Source of the DNA: Candidatus Bathyarchaeota archaeon
GTDB lineage: Archaea > Thermoproteota > Bathyarchaeia > Bathyarchaeales > Bathycorpusculaceae
Reading direction: 5' to 3'
DNA: 64,000 nucleotides
Assembly: GCA_963715865.1 (NCBI GenBank)
Contig: OY970280.1
Span: 1,920,001-1,984,000 of the forward strand
Shown one piece after another: positions 48,776 to 57,574 of the stretch. The translations under genes were made by a program, and so were the position numbers. A model generated the notes under the pieces. It was given only the letters and a program-made list of their open reading frames with translations, did no database searches and was not told where the DNA came from. The stretch's first letter is position 1; every line of letters starts with the position of its first letter.

Positions 48776-48831
48776 AACTCGCCATACTAAACAGTTATAT
48801 TCGCGTCAAACAAAGTTTAAAAGGTGAGAAT

Positions 48832-49116
48832 ATGGAGTTCTCAAAAGTTTCTGGCAAAAAAAACAATCACAAAGTTACCTTGTACGCTTTAAGCACGTGC
48901 GTTTGGTGCAAATTAACAAAGCAGTTCCTAAATGAAAACGAAATTTCATACGAGTTTGTCGATGTAGACTTACTTGACGAAGAAGATAAACAGAAAGTGC
49001 ACCAAACCATCACAAGCAAAGGCGGAAGCCTAACCTACCCAACAACCATTATTGATAACAAAGTTGTAATTACTGGTTTCCGCAAAGACAAACTCAAAGA
49101 GGCGCTGGAAATTTGA
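48832..49116 (+). CDS. NrdH/glutaredoxin-like protein
   Basis: LSTCVWC active site, YP.TII, GF...L. Confidence 0.92.
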   Translation: MEFSKVSGKKNNHKVTLYALSTCVWCKLTKQFLNENEISYEFVDVDLLDEEDKQKVHQTITSKGGSLTYPTTIIDNKVVITGFRKDKLKEALEI

Positions 49117-49688
49117 CCGCATTGGAGCAGGTTCGCAAAAGAGCCGAAGCCGACGCCAAAACCTACGGTTACTATTTAACTCCTCAGCCTGACCTTCTGC
49201 AAGGTTTCCTTGAAGGATTAAAAATAAACGAAGACCGCTACGGCTACCCCTTATGCCCCTGCAGACTCACATCAGGCAAATTCGAGTACGACCGCGACAT
49301 AATATGCCCCTGCGACTACCGAGACCCAGACGTCGCCGAATACGGTGCATGCTACTGCAGACTCTACGTTAACAAAGCTGTTTATGAAAGCAAAATTTTG
49401 CCTGAAGTTCCAGAACGAAGACCACTCGAAAAACAAGCAAGAGCATACGCGCCCCAAGTTGCAGTTCAATCGGCGCCCACGCAAGGAGCACAAGAAAAAC
49501 CGCCAACACCAGCGCCAGCAACCCAACAAACCGCGACACAGCAACCTGAGGTCAAAAAGAAGCTATGGTATTGCAAACAATGCGGATATGTTGTTTTTAG
49601 AGAGGACCCACCGTACATTTGCCCAATATGCAAGGCTAAAAAGGAAATGTTTGCTGAAATAGAAAGCACAGTTGAATTTAACGGCTAA
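49113..49688 (+). CDS. Ferredoxin:thioredoxin reductase catalytic domain + rubredoxin-like domain
   Basis: CPCR, CPCDY, CYC motifs; Pro/Ala/Gln linker; CKQC...CPIC. Confidence 0.93.
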   Translation: MTALEQVRKRAEADAKTYGYYLTPQPDLLQGFLEGLKINEDRYGYPLCPCRLTSGKFEYDRDIICPCDYRDPDVAEYGACYCRLYVNKAVYESKILPEVPERRPLEKQARAYAPQVAVQSAPTQGAQEKPPTPAPATQQTATQQPEVKKKLWYCKQCGYVVFREDPPYICPICKAKKEMFAEIESTVEFNG

Positions 49689-49690
49689 CT

Positions 49691-49840
49691 TTATTTTTGG
49701 ATTTCTATCTCGATTTTTTTCCAGTCCTCTCGTATTCCTCGAAGAGAAGTTACAGCGCCCGTTATGGTTCCGTTTAAGATTTTCTCTACAAAATCGTTGA
49801 GCGGAATTTCTTTTCCATCAACTTTTAATTTCAAGCTCAA
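49691..49840 (-). CDS. Small conserved protein (49 aa)
   Basis: Manual, TTG start after GGTGA: MSLKLKVDGKEIPLNDFVEKILNGTITGAVTSLRGIREDWKKIEIEIQK*; resembles the domain found C-terminal to MobB proteins. Confidence 0.75.
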   Translation of the reverse strand: MSLKLKVDGKEIPLNDFVEKILNGTITGAVTSLRGIREDWKKIEIEIQK

Positions 49841-49917
49841 ACTTGGTCACCTAGAATATTGGTTAATGTGAAGTGAGGGGTAAAAAGTTTTACGCAGACA
49901 ACAAGCGTGCAGCCTAT

Positions 49918-50484
49918 TTACACTCTTGCTGTGCCGGGTTTAACGGTAACTCTTAGCTTAGTTAAGTTCTCTTTTATCTCAGCCTTAACACCCATAGCCG
50001 CAAAGTACTCTTCAAGAAATATTCTGATGAAGTCCTTTGAAGTCTCAGAAACCAAAACCAATGTAAATTCGTTTGCAGCGTTCTTAGTTAAACGGAAAAA
50101 GTTGCAGACCTCAAGTCTAGCCAGCAATTCTTCTGCCGAATGTACCTTTGTTTTAAGCTGTTCCCAATGCGCTCGAGCTACTTCTTTGTGTTCAGTCCAA
50201 AACTTGTCCTGCTCAGGCGATGAAGCGATTAGGCGCAGGAACATGAGCCAGTGGTCAACGTCTAGGATTATGTGTTCGCCGCTAAGCAGCATGTCTATGT
50301 ATGCCTGAATTTTTTTCTTGATTGCTGGGTCTTCGAGAGCCTTGTTTTCATTGTAGAATTTTAGGGCACGGCGCATGACTTCGCTTTGTGAAACTTGTGC
50401 TTCGGTGCTTATTTTTTCTAGTAAGTCAGCTGTTGTTTTGTCGAATGCAACTGTTATTCTTGTCGGGTTCACCATAACGATCAC
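49918..50484 (-). CDS. Ribbon-helix-helix (CopG) regulator with C-terminal domain
   Basis: RITVAFD...SQSEVMRRAL. Confidence 0.85.
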   Translation of the reverse strand: MIVMVNPTRITVAFDKTTADLLEKISTEAQVSQSEVMRRALKFYNENKALEDPAIKKKIQAYIDMLLSGEHIILDVDHWLMFLRLIASSPEQDKFWTEHKEVARAHWEQLKTKVHSAEELLARLEVCNFFRLTKNAANEFTLVLVSETSKDFIRIFLEEYFAAMGVKAEIKENLTKLRVTVKPGTARV

Positions 50485-50691
50485 TTGCAGTATTTAACAT
50501 GTTTTCAAATTATTGGAAATTATATAAACATTACGCAATTACACACAGATAATACTTTGCAAATTTAGAGCATAAAATTATATTATTAAACAAATGTTAA
50601 AAGAGCCAAATTTGTCAGGGTCAAAAATCTTTTATTCACTGCCCTATTTACTTCATTAATACCGATTATGCTTCTAAGGAGAAATCCCTGA

Positions 50692-51351
50692 ATGAAAAGA
50701 CCAGAAACATACCTTGAACCCAAACAGAGAGCAGCAAAAGTAATCGAACTGCTCGAAAAAGAGTACCCCAACGCAAAAACCGCCCTAAACTATTCCAATC
50801 CTTTGGAAATGCTCGTAGCCACCATGCTTTCTGCCCAAACAACCGATGAAAGAGTCAATATAGTAACCAAAACCCTGTTTAAAAAATACCGCACACCTGA
50901 AGACTACGCTAACGCTGATTTAAAAGAGTTAGAACAAGATATACGTTCAACAGGTTTCTACCATAACAAAGCCTTGAATTTGAAAAAATGTTGCCAACTC
51001 CTAGTCCAAAAATACAATTCGCAAGTACCTAAAACAATGGAGGAATTAATGGAGCTTTCAGGTGTCGCGCGAAAAACCGCCAACATAGTGTTATACAACG
51101 CTTACGGCATAACTGCTGGCATAGCAGTTGACACCCATGTCCGCAGGCTCTCACAGCGGCTTGGGCTTTCAGAGCAAAATGATCCTGCTAAAATAGAACA
51201 GGACCTAATGCAAATTACTCCGAAAGAGAAGTGGATGCAACTTACCGATTTGTTGATTTTTCATGGAAGGCAAATATGCATAGCTAGAAAACCTAAATGC
51301 GAAATATGCGTTCTCAATAAGATTTGCCCGTGTGCTTTTGCTTTTGGCTAA
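50692..51351 (+). CDS. nth: Endonuclease III
   Basis: LSAQTTD, GVARKTAN, VDTHV, CxxxKPKCxxCxxxxxC. Confidence 0.97.
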   Translation: MKRPETYLEPKQRAAKVIELLEKEYPNAKTALNYSNPLEMLVATMLSAQTTDERVNIVTKTLFKKYRTPEDYANADLKELEQDIRSTGFYHNKALNLKKCCQLLVQKYNSQVPKTMEELMELSGVARKTANIVLYNAYGITAGIAVDTHVRRLSQRLGLSEQNDPAKIEQDLMQITPKEKWMQLTDLLIFHGRQICIARKPKCEICVLNKICPCAFAFG

Positions 51352-51397
51352 AAAGCATCACCAATTTATACACCTTCGTCTTTCATAGAATTGAGGA

Positions 51398-51886
51398 TTG
51401 TTTTTAATGGTAAGCCAAATTAAAGTCGGAGATAAAGCACCGAATTTCACTTTGCCCGATGTTGACTTGAAACCGAGAAGCCTAAAAGAATTTATGGGTC
51501 AAAAAACCGTGTTAGCCTTTTTCGTTGGCGCATTCACTTCAACATGCACAAAGGAGATGTGTGAATTTCGTGATTCCATGGCTCGGCTTATTGATTTGAA
51601 GACCCAAGTCATTGGAATAAGTGTAAACGACCCTTTCTCGAACAAAACTTTTGCAGAAAAAAACAGGCTGCCCTTTCCAATACTAAGCGACTACAAACGT
51701 GAAGTCATCAAAACCTACGGATTGGAGTTGCCTAATTTCGCTGGACTCAATGGTTACACGGTTGCCAAGCGTTCAATTTTCATTCTCGACGAGAACGGCA
51801 CAGTGAGGTACGCTTGGATTTCTGATGATCCAGCTGTTGAACCAAACTATCAGGAAATACAAAAAACGCTGGAGAAAATGAAGTAG
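51398..51886 (+). CDS. Peroxiredoxin (BCP/PrxQ-like)
   Basis: GDKAPNFTL, FTSTCTKEMC, AKRSIFI. Confidence 0.93.
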   Translation: MFLMVSQIKVGDKAPNFTLPDVDLKPRSLKEFMGQKTVLAFFVGAFTSTCTKEMCEFRDSMARLIDLKTQVIGISVNDPFSNKTFAEKNRLPFPILSDYKREVIKTYGLELPNFAGLNGYTVAKRSIFILDENGTVRYAWISDDPAVEPNYQEIQKTLEKMK

Positions 51887-51887
51887 G

Positions 51888-52550
51888 CTAAGGCTTTTTT
51901 TGCATTAATGCTGTAAAAAAGAAACGTATGTAGCCGTCGCCTTCCCGCGAAGGATAATGCTCAATCTTGTCTATCTGGAAATAGTCGGAGAATAAGTTAA
52001 CTATCTGCTGCCTTGTGAAATGATTCCACGCTGGCCCGTTCATGTAGCTAAAACAGGTAAGCATGTAAACGCCTCCTTTCTTTAAAACGCGAAAAACACC
52101 TTTAATGAATGTGGGTCGGTCTTCAACTTCAACGTGGTGGAAGCAGCCCATGTCAAAAACGAAATCGAACGCTTCATCCTTAAACGACAAATCAATAAAA
52201 CTCTCGGTCAGAAAGTTAATGTTAACTTTTGCTTGCTTTGCTTTTTTCTTTGCCATCCCAATAGCAGTCAATGAAATGTCAATGCTTGTTACGTCAAAAC
52301 CGCTTTGGGCAAGGTAGATAGGGTTGGTTCCAGCCCCGCAGCAAGTATCCAAGGCTTTGCCTTTTTTTATTAGCCCTTTTTCTACGTATTCAACAAGTAT
52401 TGGTCTGGGTTTGCCAAGTTCCCAGCCTAACTCTCCAAGGGGATACTTGCGGTAATACTCGTCCCAATCAGCGTAATCAGAACACATAAAAAAACCACAT
52501 AGTAGATGCTTGTTGCGAAATTTTAACCTATTTCCAGAAGCAAGAGCCAA
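51888..52550 (-). CDS. Class I SAM-dependent methyltransferase (TPMT/TehB-like)
   Basis: W...Y....LGW, ALDTCCGAG, FDMGCFH; probable start at the internal ATG (MCSDY). Confidence 0.9.
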   Translation of the reverse strand: MALASGNRLKFRNKHLLCGFFMCSDYADWDEYYRKYPLGELGWELGKPRPILVEYVEKGLIKKGKALDTCCGAGTNPIYLAQSGFDVTSIDISLTAIGMAKKKAKQAKVNINFLTESFIDLSFKDEAFDFVFDMGCFHHVEVEDRPTFIKGVFRVLKKGGVYMLTCFSYMNGPAWNHFTRQQIVNLFSDYFQIDKIEHYPSREGDGYIRFFFTALMQKKP

Positions 52551-52700
52551 TTTTTATGTAAAGAGTGGGAGATAGTTCTTTGTGCGTGCGAGCACAGTGC
52601 CCTTAACTGGAAAACTCAAAGGCGAACCATTGAAACGCACAAAAAGTTATTAGCCTCTTTAAAAGTTATTTGTGTGTCGTTCAAAACGGTGACTATTTAG

Positions 52701-53564
52701 GTGTCCTTTGAAATCCAAGAGTTACCTGACGTTATCCGCGTTATTGTCCTATTAAACCTAAGCAAGGGCGCTAAAATAAAAAAATCAGCCCTAAAAAACC
52801 GGGTTGACGGCATCTGCGTTAGCTACGCCTGCATAGAAATGAACGAGTTGGATAAAGCACTCAAAGAAATGTCTGCTGAAGGGCTTATCATCGAAAAAGA
52901 AGACATGGTGCAGTTAACGCCGCAAGGCCAAAGGCTAGGCAAAGAATGGGAAAGTCTTCTCTTAAAGAAAGAACCTATCATGGAAGTTGTAGCTGGTTTA
53001 GTTGATGGCTCAATAACCAGTTTAGTCGTTATTCTCTCAGCTTTCATAGCAACGTTAACCGCTAACACCGCATTTTTTGGGAACCCGAAAACAGTCGTTT
53101 TCGCTGCCTTCTTAACACTGAGCGCAGTTGCCATAACCAACTTCTCAAGCTTCCTCCTTGGCGGAATCACCGAAGACTTAGCTGACATCATGACGCTGCA
53201 GAACTTGATGAATTACAGTCTAAGTGACATACCTGACAAGAAAGAACGCGACAAATCCTTGCTGTTAGTGCAGAAACTCTTTACTTTACTTGGCAAACAA
53301 ATACACAGGTCGAATCTTTACGCGGCCATAATCTGTGGAACCACAACTTTTCTTGCTGGAATCTTCCCAATTGCAGCTTACCTAGTTCTTCCGCCCTATT
53401 ACAATATTGTCGTGTCGCTCATTCTAGTTATCGCTATTGCAGGGGTATTCCTAGTCCGGTACCGCTCAAAGAAGACCCGAGTGAACTGGAAAGTAACACT
53501 CTCCGAGACTATAGCCATCGTTATAATCGCAACCGTTGCATCCTTACTGCTTGGCGCAATATAG
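52701..53564 (+). CDS. wHTH fused to VIT1/CCC1-like membrane domain
   Basis: N-terminal helix-rich wHTH ending VQLTPQG; VAGLVDGSITSL, A..N......E motifs; about 5 TM helices. Confidence 0.72.
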   Translation: MSFEIQELPDVIRVIVLLNLSKGAKIKKSALKNRVDGICVSYACIEMNELDKALKEMSAEGLIIEKEDMVQLTPQGQRLGKEWESLLLKKEPIMEVVAGLVDGSITSLVVILSAFIATLTANTAFFGNPKTVVFAAFLTLSAVAITNFSSFLLGGITEDLADIMTLQNLMNYSLSDIPDKKERDKSLLLVQKLFTLLGKQIHRSNLYAAIICGTTTFLAGIFPIAAYLVLPPYYNIVVSLILVIAIAGVFLVRYRSKKTRVNWKVTLSETIAIVIIATVASLLLGAI

Positions 53565-53568
53565 CCCG

Positions 53569-53994
53569 CTAAGCTAAGCGGTGATGCTCAACCATCAAAC
53601 ACTTATCCATAACAACAATCAAACCAGCACGCCTAGCCGCCTCAGCAGCCTGCTCATTAACTATTCCAAGCTGCATCCAAACCACAAAAGGCTTACCATA
53701 CAATGCTCTAAGTTTAATGGCTTGTTCTACTATCAGCGGAACGTCCTTTGCTGGCCTGAAAATGTCAACGATTTCGATGGTTTTCTGGATTTCAGGCGGA
53801 ATATCAAGCAGGTTCTTGTAACTTTTCTCGCCAAGAACTTCATCTGCAAATGGATTTACGGGTATAATGCGGTATCCATGCTGTTTTAGGTAAGCGCTAA
53901 CTTTATGGCTGTCTTTCCCCGGCTCTTTGGATAACCCAACAACCGCGATAACCGTGTATTTCTTTAAGATTTCTTTAATTTGACTTTGACTCAA
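53569..53994 (-). CDS. CoA-binding domain protein (YccU-like)
   Basis: IAVVGLS, IIPVNP, VDIFRP, VWMQLG, VMDKC. Confidence 0.95.
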   Translation of the reverse strand: MSQSQIKEILKKYTVIAVVGLSKEPGKDSHKVSAYLKQHGYRIIPVNPFADEVLGEKSYKNLLDIPPEIQKTIEIVDIFRPAKDVPLIVEQAIKLRALYGKPFVVWMQLGIVNEQAAEAARRAGLIVVMDKCLMVEHHRLA

Positions 53995-54017
53995 CCGAAC
54001 CCTTCCAAAAAAATTGC

Positions 54018-54128
54018 TTATGGCGCTTCGCTTAGTTTTAACTCAAAAAAGAGCTCCCTACCATTGTTAACTACGCTTTTAGTTACTTTTTCAATGATGT
54101 CTAAAACAGCATTCTCGTCATATAGCAT
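54018..54128 (-). pseudogene. Possible stump of an HtrA/S1C protease N-terminus
   Basis: Manual: MLYDENAVLDIIEKVTKSVVN then divergence and a stop at 36 aa. Confidence 0.3.
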
Positions 54129-54188
54129 TGAATTTTCCTCAAAATCAGTTTAATCTTTGCTTTTAATAAATAAATTCCCTTTTTTTAG

Positions 54189-54575
54189 TTAGCGGCAGAA
54201 GAAGCAGTTTTCCGCCCACTCTTGGGGCATTTCTTTTTGGCAATGTGGACACATTAATCCTTTTTCTCTGATGGCTTTGCATGTTTGGCAGAAGAGTTTG
54301 AGGATTTCTGTTTTGTTGTTTGGTTCTTTTATGAGGGAAGTTACCATTTGGTCTATAAGTGCCAAGACTTCAGTCGCGTTTTCGACTGTGAGTAGGTTTC
54401 CTCTTTCTTTATTTACATATCTGCTTACTGCGGATTGGGATAAGCCGAGAAGTTCTGCGGTTTGTTTTTCGTTCAATCCATGTTTTTCGACGATTGACCT
54501 CGCCATGATAGCTTTGACTGCGGGTAAAACGGTTTTTACTCCCACTTCGCACGGTAGTATCAAATTCCACACCAA
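54189..54575 (-). CDS. XRE-like HTH regulator with Cys-rich C-terminus (COG2522-like)
   Basis: LPCE...LP, TAELLGLSQSAVSRY; CQTC, CPHC, CFFC. Confidence 0.85.
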   Translation of the reverse strand: MVWNLILPCEVGVKTVLPAVKAIMARSIVEKHGLNEKQTAELLGLSQSAVSRYVNKERGNLLTVENATEVLALIDQMVTSLIKEPNNKTEILKLFCQTCKAIREKGLMCPHCQKEMPQEWAENCFFCR

Positions 54576-54607
54576 TTACTCTTATTTCTGGGGGAAACTT
54601 ATTTAAA

Positions 54608-54642
54608 TATGACGCTTGTCATATTTTTATGACGCGTGTCAT
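54608..54642. promoter_or_regulatory. Tandem palindromic operators ATGAC-N4-GTCAT
   Basis: ATGACGCTTGTCAT (54609-54622) and ATGACGCGTGTCAT (54629-54642), 20-bp period, adjacent to the TTTAAATA of the minus-strand HTH gene. Confidence 0.75.
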
Positions 54643-54734
54643 GACGGGCTATCAATCGCAAAAAAGCAGTTTTACACCCAATCTCTCACTCCTTACCCGT
54701 CACGACACACGCGCCAGGATAGGAGAATAAACAA

Positions 54735-55679
54735 ATGGGCAACGTCCTGTCACCACCTCGAAAAGGCGACAACCACGACTTAGCGGGAATGCTCAGGTCA
54801 CTTAATGCAGAATGCAGAAACTGTGCTCCAATAACACCCTTAGAGTGCATAAGCCGATGCCGAGTATACAAACTAAAAAACGAGCTAAGAAAACTCCGCG
54901 AAACCATGGACAAACCAAACTACATAAAAGAACTCTTCAACGTCTTAAAAAATGAGACGAGACTGCACATTCTACAAGCAATCGTAAACGGCAGATACTC
55001 AGTAAGCCAACTACAACAAGAACTAAAAAAAACAGGACACAGCCACAGCCAAGACACCATCAGCGAGGAATATTTACGCCCATTAATGGCAGTAGGGCTA
55101 GCGACCGAAGCACGAGACGAATACTACGCAACCACGTTCGGTGGTCGTCTAACAGAGTTACTTGGAAACTTCCCTGAATTTGTCGAAATGCTACCAGCCC
55201 ACTCAGAATGTTATGAAGAAACCCTTCTACAATCCTTACTATCGGGACCGAAAACGTTTGAAGCCATTGAAGCCCTTATCTCGCCAAAAATCGCTTCACG
55301 AATCCTCAAACGCTTACGCTCAGCCGGTTTAATAGAAACTTCCATGGAAAGAGACTACATATTTTTCTTCAAATCAAAACGAGATCCCGACAAAGAAAAC
55401 TTCACATTAACCGAACGAAGAATTTACGACGCAATCCATAATGAAGGAATTTCCGCCGGAAAACTTGCCAAAGAAACAGGACTTTCCATAAGAAGAACCT
55501 ACAAGTATCTAAGAGGCTTGAAAGGCAAAAAACTAGTTTTCATAAGAAAAACGCCGAAAGCCTACGGTTTAACCTGCAAAGGTGAAAAGTTAGCTTCAGT
55601 ACTGCAGGAGCTTCAGCAAATAGTCGAAGAGACATGGAACTCTTCTGAACAAGTCATGCATGGCAATGCTAACTCTTAG
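54735..55679 (+). CDS. Multi-wHTH protein with N-terminal four-Cys motif
   Basis: CRNC-x7-C-x3-C, then about three wHTH units (ETRLHILQ..; KRLRSAGLI; LSIRRTYKYLRGL). Confidence 0.75.
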   Translation: MGNVLSPPRKGDNHDLAGMLRSLNAECRNCAPITPLECISRCRVYKLKNELRKLRETMDKPNYIKELFNVLKNETRLHILQAIVNGRYSVSQLQQELKKTGHSHSQDTISEEYLRPLMAVGLATEARDEYYATTFGGRLTELLGNFPEFVEMLPAHSECYEETLLQSLLSGPKTFEAIEALISPKIASRILKRLRSAGLIETSMERDYIFFFKSKRDPDKENFTLTERRIYDAIHNEGISAGKLAKETGLSIRRTYKYLRGLKGKKLVFIRKTPKAYGLTCKGEKLASVLQELQQIVEETWNSSEQVMHGNANS

Positions 55680-55712
55680 CAAACAATCCCCAAAAGCCAC
55701 TTTCCTTTTTTG

Positions 55713-56198
55713 TTATCCGCCACCAGGGGCTCCGTGAAACGGCACGTTTTCCCAGAGCAGTTTCCACCAATCCGCCTCTGTTATGGTTTCTCCGTGAACA
55801 ATTATATCCAGAACCATCTTTAGCATAGCGTGGTGTCTACATTCATCAGCCAATATGGCCTTTAAGAGAAACTCAACTTTCTTATTCTCAATTGTGGGCA
55901 TGATAGCTTCAAGTTTTTTTATTAATTTCGCTTCTATCTCAATGTGTTTCTCCACTAGTGCTCTTTGCTCATCAAGATTTTCCTGAGTTAATGCTGTAGA
56001 AGCATGTGTCAACAAGGTAATGGCTGCCGAGTAAAGTTCTGCATGCTTCACAGAATCCAACGATACACCCTTTAATACTCCTTTAACAGCTGGATTTTTC
56101 ATGTCAACAATTGCTTTTTCAAGGGAGGCTACAATTTCTTTTTCTATTACTATTTGATTTTTCAAAAATTCGAGGAGATTATTCTTTGATTTTTCCAT
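55713..56198 (-). CDS. Ferritin-like domain protein
   Basis: E..I...DSVKH...E..L...DECRHH diiron-type ExxH pattern in four helices. Confidence 0.82.
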   Translation of the reverse strand: MEKSKNNLLEFLKNQIVIEKEIVASLEKAIVDMKNPAVKGVLKGVSLDSVKHAELYSAAITLLTHASTALTQENLDEQRALVEKHIEIEAKLIKKLEAIMPTIENKKVEFLLKAILADECRHHAMLKMVLDIIVHGETITEADWWKLLWENVPFHGAPGGG

Positions 56199-56222
56199 TT
56201 TTTTCTCCCATCCGCTTAAGTG

Positions 56223-56666
56223 TTAAGTCCTGTTCATCAAGCTTTCGGAAATTCTTTTTCCTAAATCCCTACAGGCGCTAAGCATTTTTTGGTCAGGAAC
56301 ATAATTAACTAGTAAAGGCGGTTCAACCACAAGCATTTCAAACTTGTTTTTCATAATTTCCAAAATATTTTTGGGTGCTTCACCGCTCCATCCATAAGAA
56401 CCAAATGTTGCGCCTATTTTACCCTTCAAACTTATGCCCTTTGCTGCAACTTCCTCGAAAAGTCTTTTGAAATCAACAGGCAACTCATGATAATAAGTTG
56501 GTGCACCGACAATTATAGCATCAAAAGTGCTCAGTTCCTCAGGTTCAACGTGAAAGTTTAATTCCACTTCAATGTTATCGTTGATTTGTGCTCCCTCAGC
56601 TACGGCTTTCGCCATTTTTTCAGTATTTCCGGTTCTGCTATAATATAGGACAAGAATTTTCTTCAT
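56223..56666 (-). CDS. Flavodoxin domain protein
   Basis: YYSRTGNTEKMA, GAPTY, FGSYGWSGEA. Confidence 0.93.
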   Translation of the reverse strand: MKKILVLYYSRTGNTEKMAKAVAEGAQINDNIEVELNFHVEPEELSTFDAIIVGAPTYYHELPVDFKRLFEEVAAKGISLKGKIGATFGSYGWSGEAPKNILEIMKNKFEMLVVEPPLLVNYVPDQKMLSACRDLGKRISESLMNRT

Positions 56667-56771
56667 AAAAACGTAATAGAATTAATTATTATTTCAATAT
56701 TTTGGCGTTTCATGCTTGAATGAGAAATTAAACAATAAGAAAGAGCATGCAAAAGTGTGGTCTATCCATTG

Positions 56772-57041
56772 TCATTCTCGTTTAGTACGTCCCACTTCTG
56801 CCCTTCGTCTTCTACCACGCGTTACTTTGGTTCCAATGATTTTACTTCCTCGGCTTTCGCCACCTTTCCTGCCTATTTCTTTATAGAATTCGGAACCACG
56901 CTCTTCAGCTACTTTTTCTCCACCTTTCCTACCAATTTCCCTATAAAATTCTCGACCTCTTTCTCTTGCCACTTTTTCTCCACCTTTTCTGCCGGCTTCT
57001 TCACGGGTCATCTTCCTTTTTTCTTCACTTTTAACCGCCAA
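56772..57041 (-). CDS. KGG/Em-like hydrophilin paralog 1
   Basis: EAGRKGG, EFYREIGRKGG, EFYKEIGRKGG; TTG start after GGAGGTGA. Confidence 0.9.
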   Translation of the reverse strand: MAVKSEEKRKMTREEAGRKGGEKVARERGREFYREIGRKGGEKVAEERGSEFYKEIGRKGGESRGSKIIGTKVTRGRRRRAEVGRTKRE

Positions 57042-57103
57042 AACTATTCACCTCCGATATTTTTTGAAAAAAGCTGTCTTGTTATCTATTCCAAGGATAG
57101 CCC

Positions 57104-57120
57104 TTAAGCATATGTGGTTA
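57104..57120 (-). promoter_or_regulatory. Shared upstream motif copy 1 (TAACCACATATGCTTAA)
   Basis: About 63 nt upstream of the 57041 start; matches the copies at 58386 and 59211. Confidence 0.65.
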
Positions 57121-57225
57121 TCAAGAAGCAATCACAAACCTACCAGGCATAACTTTGGTTTAACTACTTGTGGAGGCTCTAGTAAAAAAACTGAAATAAA
57201 GAAAACTGAATGACAATTTATTTGT

Positions 57226-57510
57226 TTATTCAATTTTGCCTATTTCTTTTGTTACATCGATTGGCGAGTTATAGGTCTTATCTGGCAGCTTGTTCAATAA
57301 ATCTATCACGTCGTCGGGGGCATCTTTATTCTGAGCATTATTTAATAAGTTCTTCTTTTCAGCCGGATAATGTATCCCGCCGAGATACTTTTCTACAATA
57401 GCTGGGCTCACATGACCAGATTTTCCGCTTCTATTTGTATACTGCCGTCTAGTTCCTCTACCTTGACCTATTCCTCTACGCCTAGTTGTTTGAGTTTCTT
57501 GTCTACTCGT
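57226..57510 (-). CDS. DUF2795 protein with Arg/Gly-rich N-terminal extension
   Basis: YLGGIHYPAEK..L...A......L..LP...Y.SP.DV; the frame is open 33 codons upstream of the GTG to an ACG 6 nt after GGAGGTGA. Confidence 0.85.
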   Translation of the reverse strand, partial: TSRQETQTTRRRGIGQGRGTRRQYTNRSGKSGHVSPAIVEKYLGGIHYPAEKKNLLNNAQNKDAPDDVIDLLNKLPDKTYNSPIDVTKEIGKIE

Positions 57511-57574
57511 TGCTTTTCACCTCCATATTCTTAAACGAATTAACTTTGAAAGAAAAAACATGATTACTTACCGT

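Noticed and set aside
52560-52646. Resemblance to c-di-GMP-I riboswitch words (AAAGAGTGGGA; GGCGAACCATTGAAA)
   Set aside because: The words are in the wrong order and the P2 partner strand is missing. Only the generic stem was retained as a low-interest finding.
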